The translations under genes and the position numbers were made by a program. Below, in pieces: positions 57,421 through 64,000 of a stretch of 64,000 nucleotides of DNA. The first letter of the stretch is position 1. Each line of letters begins with the position of its first letter. Below the pieces are notes generated by a model. That model did no database searches, had not been told where the DNA came from, and worked only from the letters and a program-made list of their open reading frames with translations. Source of the DNA: Candidatus Krumholzibacteriia bacterium (GTDB taxonomy: Bacteria; Krumholzibacteriota; Krumholzibacteriia; LZORAL124-64-63); contig JANTGJ010000004.1 in NCBI GenBank assembly GCA_024762975.1, forward strand, positions 2,002 to 66,001, given 5' to 3'.

Positions 57421-58317
57421 ATGGATTCCGCTCGACGCAACGCCAACCTCGTCCTGTTGCTGGCTGCCGCCATCTGGGGCTTCGCTTTTGTGGCCCAGCG
57501 AGTGGGAATGCGTCACATCGAACCGCTGACTTTCAACGGGATCCGCTTCGGTTTGGGCGCCCTGGCGCTGGTGCCGGTGGCGTGGTTCCTGTCCCGTCGC
57601 GGGACCAGCCTGGCGCCGGCGCGTCCGGCCGGCAACGGCTACTGTCTGCGCGCCAGCCTGTTGACGGGGTTGTTCATCTTCGGCGGCTCGACTCTGCAGC
57701 AATTCGGGGTGGTCTACACCACGGCCGGCAAGGCGGGATTCATCACCAGCCTCTATGTCGTCTTCGTGCCGATCCTGGGCTTGGCGACAGGGCAGAAAAC
57801 CGGGCGCTGGACGTGGTGGGGCGCGCTGCTCGCGGCGGTGGGGCTGTATCTGTTGAGCGTCCAGGGATGGACGTCCATTGAACCCGGCGACGGCCTGGTG
57901 CTGATCGGAGCCTTGTTCTGGGCCTCGCATGTGCTGGCTGTCGGCAAGGTCTCCGATCGGATCGATCCGCTACGCCTGGCCATCGGTCAATTCACGGTGT
58001 GCTCGGTTCTCAGTCTGCTGGGCGCGCTGCTGTTCGAGAATTTTGTCTGGGCGTCGATTCGGGCTGCCGCTCTGCCGATCGCCTACGCCGGATTGTTGTC
58101 TGTCGGTGTGGCCTACACGCTGCAATTGGTCGGCCAACGCAATGCCCAGCCGGCACACGCGGCGATCATCCTCAGTTTCGAGTCGGTCTTCGCGGTGATC
58201 GGTGGCTGGCTGATTCTGAGCGAGGGATTGACGCCGCGGGCGATGGCCGGCTGTGCGCTGATGTTGGTCGGGGTCATCCTGGCGCAGCGGGAGCCGGTAC
58301 CGAAGTCCGAATCCTAG
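57421..58317 (+). CDS. DMT superfamily (EamA) transporter
   Basis: Ten TM helices in two EamA repeats. N-terminus LLAAAIWGFAFVAQRVG. Confidence 0.85.
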   Translation: MDSARRNANLVLLLAAAIWGFAFVAQRVGMRHIEPLTFNGIRFGLGALALVPVAWFLSRRGTSLAPARPAGNGYCLRASLLTGLFIFGGSTLQQFGVVYTTAGKAGFITSLYVVFVPILGLATGQKTGRWTWWGALLAAVGLYLLSVQGWTSIEPGDGLVLIGALFWASHVLAVGKVSDRIDPLRLAIGQFTVCSVLSLLGALLFENFVWASIRAAALPIAYAGLLSVGVAYTLQLVGQRNAQPAHAAIILSFESVFAVIGGWLILSEGLTPRAMAGCALMLVGVILAQREPVPKSES

Positions 58318-58318
58318 T

Positions 58319-59152
58319 TCAAATTTCCCCGGGTCGGTCGGTGTCCGGGTCCGACGCCGACTCCGACAGGGCTTGGGCCTCAGGATAGAGTTCAGCCATA
58401 CATTCGGGGCAGATGCCGTGGCTGAATCGGGCCTCCGAGTGCTGGTGGATGTAGGTCTCGATCTGGTTCCAGTAGCCCTGGTCGTCGCGAATTTTCTTGC
58501 AGGCCGAACAGATGGGCAACAGTCCCGACAGCGCTTTTACTTCTTCCAGCGCTTTTTCCAGCTGCTGTCGTTCATTTTCGGCGCGGCGCCGGTTTTCTTC
58601 GCGGAAATACTCGAACCAGAAGGCGACGATCGACACGATCGCGAAGGAAATCAGAAACCGGGTCCTGAACTCCGCCGAATAGGTGTGTAGCGGGATCGGC
58701 GATTCCTTCAGGATCAGGATTCCGGCCAACAGCGAATAGAGGACCACGACCCAGAACCATCCCTCACTGCGACCCAGGAGAAAAAATGCAATCAACGGGA
58801 AGGTATAGGTCCACAGGATCTTCGATCCGTCCTGCCCGCCCAGAGCCGCCAGATAGATCAGCAATCCGGCAAAGAGTACACCGTTGATCCGGTAGATGGT
58901 AACGGCTCTCAGGCCCCTGCGAATCAATCCCCAACCGACGATCAGTCCGATTCCGCAGGCTGCCACCGCGCCGCCCTGCGGATAGTCTCCGCACAACAGG
59001 TGGAAGGTGGAAAAGACCATCATGATTGGAATGCCGGCGGCCAGAAACACAGTGTAGTGCTCCAGACGGAGCCGTTCATCGTCCGACAGGGGGGTGTTGT
59101 CGGTGACGATCGAGATCTTTGCGTAGATGCGGGTCAGCAGGTGGTTCAGCAT
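58319..59152 (-). CDS. membrane protein (5-6 TM) with coiled-coil and C-terminal Cys/His-rich module
   Basis: TM region, then a coiled coil ([21 protein letters not shown]), then [41 protein letters not shown]. Confidence 0.7.
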   Translation of the reverse strand: MLNHLLTRIYAKISIVTDNTPLSDDERLRLEHYTVFLAAGIPIMMVFSTFHLLCGDYPQGGAVAACGIGLIVGWGLIRRGLRAVTIYRINGVLFAGLLIYLAALGGQDGSKILWTYTFPLIAFFLLGRSEGWFWVVVLYSLLAGILILKESPIPLHTYSAEFRTRFLISFAIVSIVAFWFEYFREENRRRAENERQQLEKALEEVKALSGLLPICSACKKIRDDQGYWNQIETYIHQHSEARFSHGICPECMAELYPEAQALSESASDPDTDRPGEI

Positions 59153-59451
59153 GGGACTACGATCCGGACGAGAGCCGAGGTGACCGGAGCCGTCGTGAAA
59201 CCAGAGGCACCGGGCTCGCGAATGAGCCTCGGCATTTTGCCGTGCCGGCCGCCCGGATGCAAGCGGTTTCCCGGGATCACTCTCTGGATCGCCGGCAGTT
59301 GTCCAGACCCGGGCCAGGTGTTATCCTACCTCTGCCGGTCTGCGGCCCGCCAACGGGGGGCGCCATGACCGAATCCCGACGAAAATTCGACCGCCCGCAA
59401 GGGTGGATCCGGCAGGCTCGATTCGAACGGTTCGCCTTGAAAGGTACGACC

Positions 59452-60864
59452 ATGTCCGCGACGACAAACGATCAGAAGATCTCCGCACTGCTGAAGGGTG
59501 AGGTTGCCCTGGGCCAGACCGTGACGGTCAAGGGATGGGTGCGCACCCGCCGCGACTCGAAAGCGGGCCTGAGTTTCGTGCAGGTCCACGATGGGACCTG
59601 CTTTCATCCGATCCAGGTGGTGGCCCAGTCCGATCTGCCGAATTACGAGGAAGAGATCCGGAAACTGAGCGCCGGTTGCTCCGTAGCCTGCACCGGCGAG
59701 TTGGTCGAGTCGCAGGGCAAGGGTCAAAGCTGCGAGATCCAGGCCTCTGGCATCGAAGTGATCGGCTGGGTCGACGAACCCGAAACCTACCCGATGCAGC
59801 CCAAGCGCCACTCGATGGAATACCTGCGCGAAGTGGCGCATCTGCGCGCGCGCACGAACACGATCGGCGCGGCGACGCGGGTGCGGAATTGCCTGGCACA
59901 TGCCACGCACCGCTTCTTCCACGAGAACGACTTCTTCTGGATCCACACCCCGATTATCACGGCTTCGGATGCCGAAGGAGCCGGCGAACTGTTCCGCGTT
60001 TCGACGCTGGATCTGGCCAATCTGCCACGCACCGAAAACGGTGAGATCGACTACCGCGAGGATTTCTTCGGTCGCGAGAGTTTCCTGACCGTTTCGGGCC
60101 AGCTTTCGGTGGAAACCTATTGCTGCGCCATGTCGCGGGTCTACACTTTCGGTCCCACGTTTCGGGCCGAGAACAGCAATACCAGCCGGCATCTGTCCGA
60201 GTTCTGGATGATCGAGCCCGAAATCGCGTTTGCCGATCTGCACGCCGATGCGGATCTGGCCGAGGACTACCTGCGCTACATCTTCGAGGCCGTATTGAAC
60301 GAGCGCGAGGACGACATGGCCTTTTTCGCGCAGCACATCGAGCCGGCCGCCGTCACCCGCCTGGAAAAATTCGTCCAAAGCAGCTTCGAGCGCATGACCT
60401 ACACCGAGGCCGTGGCCGCGCTGGAAAAATCGGGCAAGAAATTCGAGTACCCGATCGAGTGGGGCATGGACCTGCAATCCGAACACGAGCGCTACCTGTG
60501 CGAGGAACTGTGCGATCGTCCCGTGGTCGTGATGGACTATCCGAAGGAAATCAAGGCGTTCTACATGCGCCTGAACGACGACGAGAAGACGGTCGCGGCG
60601 ATGGATGTGCTGGCGCCGGGCATCGGCGAGATCATCGGTGGCAGCCAGCGCGAGGAACGGTTGGATGTGCTGGACGCGCGCATCGATGAATTGGGCCTGC
60701 CCAAGGAACACTACTGGTGGTATCGCGATCTGCGGAGGTACGGTACCGTGCCGCATGCCGGCTTCGGGCTGGGGTTCGAACGATCGGTCAATTACACGAC
60801 GGGCATCAAGAATATCCGCGATGTGATCCCCTTCCCACGGGCGCCCAAGTCGGCCGAATTCTGA
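59452..60864 (+). CDS. asnS: asparagine--tRNA ligase
   Basis: Near full-length collinearity with E. coli AsnS ([54 protein letters not shown]). Confidence 0.95.
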   Translation: MSATTNDQKISALLKGEVALGQTVTVKGWVRTRRDSKAGLSFVQVHDGTCFHPIQVVAQSDLPNYEEEIRKLSAGCSVACTGELVESQGKGQSCEIQASGIEVIGWVDEPETYPMQPKRHSMEYLREVAHLRARTNTIGAATRVRNCLAHATHRFFHENDFFWIHTPIITASDAEGAGELFRVSTLDLANLPRTENGEIDYREDFFGRESFLTVSGQLSVETYCCAMSRVYTFGPTFRAENSNTSRHLSEFWMIEPEIAFADLHADADLAEDYLRYIFEAVLNEREDDMAFFAQHIEPAAVTRLEKFVQSSFERMTYTEAVAALEKSGKKFEYPIEWGMDLQSEHERYLCEELCDRPVVVMDYPKEIKAFYMRLNDDEKTVAAMDVLAPGIGEIIGGSQREERLDVLDARIDELGLPKEHYWWYRDLRRYGTVPHAGFGLGFERSVNYTTGIKNIRDVIPFPRAPKSAEF

Positions 60865-60919
60865 TCAACGGGGGATTTTCTCAACGAGTGCGGATGGATC
60901 CGCCGACGGGAGAGCGACG

Positions 60920-61336
60920 ATGGAATGGAACAAGGAACCGTACCGGATCAGCGACGACAAGACGGAGCTGGATCTGTACTATATCGTGAGCGCGTTGCAG
61001 GAATCGTACTGGGCTTTCGGCCGGGACGAGGAAACGGTCAGGAAATCGATCGAAGGCTCGGTCTGTCTGGGCTTGTATACCGAGGGGCGGCAGATCGGAT
61101 TCGCTCGCGCCGTGACCGACAAGTGCACTTTCGCCTGGGTGTGCGACGTGATGGTCCACTCCGACTACCGGCGTGCGGGTCTGGGCAAGTGGCTGACCGC
61201 GTGCCTGAGTGAGCACCCGGATATCAAGGATTGTAATCAGCACCTGCTGCGCACGCGCGATGCGCACGGACTGTATGAGCAGTTCGGCTATACGGTTTGC
61301 GAGGCGATGGTGAGAAAACCGGGCGCGGATTGGTAG
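60920..61336 (+). CDS. GNAT family N-acetyltransferase
   Basis: VMVHSDYRRAGLGKWL is the acetyl-CoA binding motif A. C-terminal YEQFGY. Confidence 0.8.
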   Translation: MEWNKEPYRISDDKTELDLYYIVSALQESYWAFGRDEETVRKSIEGSVCLGLYTEGRQIGFARAVTDKCTFAWVCDVMVHSDYRRAGLGKWLTACLSEHPDIKDCNQHLLRTRDAHGLYEQFGYTVCEAMVRKPGADW

Positions 61337-61370
61337 AAACCGTTCCGCGCCCCGGGTCGTGGCGACGAGA

Positions 61371-61712
61371 CTACTGGTTGAAGCTGTCGAGCGCTTCCTG
61401 CAGGGTCTCATGGACCTCGAAGATGTTTTCCAGCTGCGAAATGTAGAAGATGCTCAGCACGCGTTCCTTGACGTTGCAGATCTTCATCTTGCCTTCCGCA
61501 TTCTTGATCGAGTGGTAGCCCGAGATCAGGATCCCCAGGCCCGTCGAGTTGACCCACGGCACTCCGGAAAAATCCAGAACGATGTCCTTGTAGCCGTTCT
61601 CGATGAGATCCGAGATCTCCGCCTTGAATTTTTCGTGATCCGGCCCCCCCATGATCTTGCCCGAGACTTCCAGGATCATCAGAGGATCCGTGGGTTTGCG
61701 TTTGATCTTCAT
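61371..61712 (-). CDS. STAS-domain anti-sigma-factor antagonist
   Basis: VLDFSGVPWVNSTGLGILISGYHSIKNAEGKMKICNVKERV is a typical SpoIIAA-like block with the phosphorylatable Ser/Thr region. Confidence 0.85.
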   Translation of the reverse strand: MKIKRKPTDPLMILEVSGKIMGGPDHEKFKAEISDLIENGYKDIVLDFSGVPWVNSTGLGILISGYHSIKNAEGKMKICNVKERVLSIFYISQLENIFEVHETLQEALDSFNQ

Positions 61713-61732
61713 CGCTAGTCCTCGTTTCCGTT

Positions 61733-63394
61733 TCAGCTCAGCGCATTGTAGAGACGACGTTTGATCTTCTTGGTCGGCGTTTTTTCGAATTCCTCGTAGA
61801 GAACCTTGAGTCGGGAAATCCTGGAGAATGCCGGTAGCTTCAAATTCAGCGTGCGGCGATTCTCCTCCATCAGGGTCTCCACCTGCGTGCCTTTCAGGCA
61901 AGCCCGGTCGACCGACTCCACATCAGGATAAACCAGCGCGTGCAACTTGCCATCCTGCTCCAGGATCAGGGACTCCTCGACGCAGGGCAGATTGTTCAAT
62001 TGGGATTCGATTTCTTCGGGGTACACATTCTGTCCCGATGCCGTCAGGATCATGTTTTTCGAGCGACCCGTCAAGAAGAGGAAGCCGTCGGAGTCGAGGC
62101 GCCCGAGGTCGCCGGTATGCAGCCAACCCTCGGGGTCGATTGTCTCGGCTGTGGCGTCTTCGTCCTTGTAGTAGCCCAACATGCGGTTCTCGCCGCGCAC
62201 CTGGACCTCGCCGATGCCGGTTTCCGCGTCGGCGTGGGCGATCCGGCACTCGAGGTAGGGAATGATGCGCCCGACACTGCCTACGGGCGGCTGATCGGCG
62301 AATTTCGAGTAGCTGATCAACGGCCCGCATTCGGTCATGCCGTAGCCGCAAGTCAGGTTCACGCCGATCTTTCGGAAGAATCCCTCGATCTCGCGATTCA
62401 AGGCGGCGCCACCGATCACCAATTCCTTGTAGTTGCCACCGAAGACCTCGTAGATCTGGTCACGGATCTTGCCGTACACGATGTTCCTCAGGCCCGGTAC
62501 TTTCAGCATGAACTGCATTTTGGGGGTTTCGAGTACGGGCCTGATCCGGCTGCGGTAGATCTTCTCGATGATCAGCGGTACGGACATCACGACGGCCGGC
62601 TTGATTTCATGGAAAGCCTTGACCAGCACCTTCGGGGTGGGAATTTTCGAGATGAAGGTCACATGGCAGCCTTGCAACAGGGGCGCCAGGAAATCGAAGG
62701 CGCAGCCGAAAGCATGGGCCAGGGGCAGGAAGGACACCATGCGGTCGCCGGGAGTCAGGTCCACGCAATCATTGAAGAAGCGCACATTGGCCATCAGCGA
62801 GTTGTGGGTCAGCATCACACCCTTTGAAAATCCTGTGGTGCCGGAAGTGTAGACGATGGCTGCGAGCTCGTCGTTCGAGACCTCGGGGAAGGCCAGAGCG
62901 TCACGGTTCAAGTGGGCGCCATGGTTTTCAAGGTAGCCATTCTGCGATGCGGCCAGCGCCGCGCCGAACTCCTGATCCCGTTCCCACAGCAATCCGAAGT
63001 CGCGCAGGTTGACGATGCCCTGGATCGAGGGCATCTGTTCCTCGTTGATCCGGTCGTAGATCGCTTCGGTCAGAAAGAGCAGCGTCGATTCGGAGTGCCG
63101 CACGATGTGTTCGATCTCCTGCGCGGTGAAGTCGGGCAGGATGGGGGCGATGACGGCACCATAGGTTACGGTCGCGAGGTAGGTGATTCCCCAATTCGTC
63201 GAGTTACGGCCGATCAGGGCGATCCGGTCGCCTGGCCGGACTCCGCTGCGCTCGAAAAGATCGTGCAGGCGGCAGATCCGGTGCGCCAGATCACCGTAGG
63301 TCAGTGCGGTCTGGTCGAGGTCATTGAAGCAGGGCACATCCCAATGGGCGCGGATCGAGGCGCAGATCGTCTGCGTGAAATTCTCGCTGAGCAT
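61733..63394 (-). CDS. long-chain-fatty-acid--CoA ligase (AMP-binding family)
   Basis: IVYTSGTTGFSKGVMLTH, GYGMTECGP, WLHTGDLG and the late-Lys motif TPTKKIKR. Confidence 0.85.
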   Translation of the reverse strand: MLSENFTQTICASIRAHWDVPCFNDLDQTALTYGDLAHRICRLHDLFERSGVRPGDRIALIGRNSTNWGITYLATVTYGAVIAPILPDFTAQEIEHIVRHSESTLLFLTEAIYDRINEEQMPSIQGIVNLRDFGLLWERDQEFGAALAASQNGYLENHGAHLNRDALAFPEVSNDELAAIVYTSGTTGFSKGVMLTHNSLMANVRFFNDCVDLTPGDRMVSFLPLAHAFGCAFDFLAPLLQGCHVTFISKIPTPKVLVKAFHEIKPAVVMSVPLIIEKIYRSRIRPVLETPKMQFMLKVPGLRNIVYGKIRDQIYEVFGGNYKELVIGGAALNREIEGFFRKIGVNLTCGYGMTECGPLISYSKFADQPPVGSVGRIIPYLECRIAHADAETGIGEVQVRGENRMLGYYKDEDATAETIDPEGWLHTGDLGRLDSDGFLFLTGRSKNMILTASGQNVYPEEIESQLNNLPCVEESLILEQDGKLHALVYPDVESVDRACLKGTQVETLMEENRRTLNLKLPAFSRISRLKVLYEEFEKTPTKKIKRRLYNALS

Positions 63395-63511
63395 CGGACT
63401 CCGATCGTCGGGGAACGGTGAGCGCAACCTTCATGGACCGAAAGGGCAGGATACAGGAGAAGGACGGTCGGGACAAGGGGAGGGCTGGTGGACGGACCAG
63501 GAAAGGAAAAA

Positions 63512-63540
63512 AGAACCGGCCTCGTCATGAGGCCGGTTCT
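63512..63540 (-). terminator. rho-independent terminator after the partial T9SS-CTD gene
   Basis: AGAACCGGCCTC (63512-63523) pairs with GAGGCCGGTTCT (63529-63540). On the minus strand it is followed by a T-run (A-run 63505-63512 on plus). Confidence 0.7.
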
Positions 63541-63560
63541 TCCCGTCGCATGAAACCTGA

Positions 63561-64000
63561 CTACTTGATCAGGCTGACTTTCTGCACCGCCGTGTGTGCA
63601 CCCGCACGCAGCAGTACGAAATACGCGCCGCTGGCGGCACGACGGCCGCTGTCGGTGGTGCCGTCCCAGATCCGCTGGTGCTCACCCGTGGCGAATTGCT
63701 CGTCGGCCAGCGTACGGACCAGACGGCCCTGCAGGTCGAAAACGCACACGGTGGCGGGTCCATCCAGCGGGACGCTGAAACTGATCGTGGTCATCGGGTT
63801 GAACGGATTCGGGGCTGATGAAACGCGAGCGGCGACGGCTGGTAGCTCGGGTACGGGCGTCGGTCCACTCTGCTCCTGGACGGCCATCAATTCGAAGTCG
63901 TCCACGAAGAAGCCCGAGTGGTGAATACTCGTGTCCGAGCTCAGGCGGAAGCGGAATCGCAGGTCGGTCTCGGCCAGGTAGGGTGCCAGGTCGATCGAAT
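63561..64000 (-). CDS. secreted protein with T9SS/FlgD-Ig-like C-terminal sorting domain (3' part only; gene continues beyond the window)
   Basis: NPFNPMTTISFSVPLDGPATVCVFDLQGRLVRTL...WDGTTDSGRRAASGAYFVLLRAG...KVSLIK. The minus-strand frame stays open from 63905 to the window edge. Confidence 0.75.
   Translation of the reverse strand, partial: SIDLAPYLAETDLRFRFRLSSDTSIHHSGFFVDDFELMAVQEQSGPTPVPELPAVAARVSSAPNPFNPMTTISFSVPLDGPATVCVFDLQGRLVRTLADEQFATGEHQRIWDGTTDSGRRAASGAYFVLLRAGAHTAVQKVSLIK

Noticed and set aside
59172-59240. Long-range stem GCCGAGG (59174-59180) pairing with CCTCGGC (59227-59233), followed by ATTTTG, upstream of asnS. Considered as a possible attenuator or sRNA terminator.
   Set aside because: It is only a 7-bp stem enclosing a 46-nt loop with no clear internal structure, and the U-tract is weak. 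A plausible promoter (TTGTCC-N17-TATCCT, 59299-59327) lies downstream of it. The evidence is insufficient.

Overview
GC-rich, gene-dense chromosomal segment with about 55 protein genes. I saw no rRNA, tRNA, CRISPR array, transposase or integrase. Two large proteins end in T9SS/FlgD-Ig-type C-terminal sorting domains and a BrxA/B bacilliredoxin is present. This suggests an uncultivated FCB-like lineage (inference only). Many long antisense or off-frame ORFs in the track are GC-composition artefacts.

Main blocks:
- XRE regulator plus a frameshifted membrane protein.
- Hanks-type Ser/Thr kinase with TPRs, divergent from a UDPGP-family UGPase.
- Penicillin/AHL-acylase-like Ntn hydrolase.
- Envelope proteins: lipoproteins, a PG-binding repeat protein, an HExxH protein, a polytopic membrane protein and a TPR-sulfotransferase.
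- S9 peptidase.
- A translationally coupled tetR-aroF-menFDHBACE menaquinone operon with a tandem palindromic operator.
- A PLP Cys/Met enzyme and an OYE flavoenzyme.
- A histidine kinase, response regulator, polyferredoxin membrane protein and hotdog thioesterase operon.
- A CBM9-like, GH130, GH38 and glycosylasparaginase operon, with a GH20 gene 9 kb away. Together these read as an N-glycan or mannoside salvage route.
- tag, and a fused membrane/spermidine-synthase/TPR protein.
- A thiol and Fe-S neighbourhood: hypA-like, peroxiredoxin, small peptide, bacilliredoxin, IscA-like and YgfZ-TPR.
- asnS, a GNAT, a STAS protein and an acyl-CoA ligase.

Most notable observations:
- A typical 2-Cys peroxiredoxin has an in-frame TGA in place of its peroxidatic Cys codon. 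A 7-bp hairpin begins 12 nt after the TGA. It is a likely selenoprotein that the ORF track splits in two.
- Next to it, inside an AT-rich island, is an orphan 62-aa Gly/Arg/His-rich peptide gene with its own SD and intrinsic terminator.

I found no defence system or mobile element.
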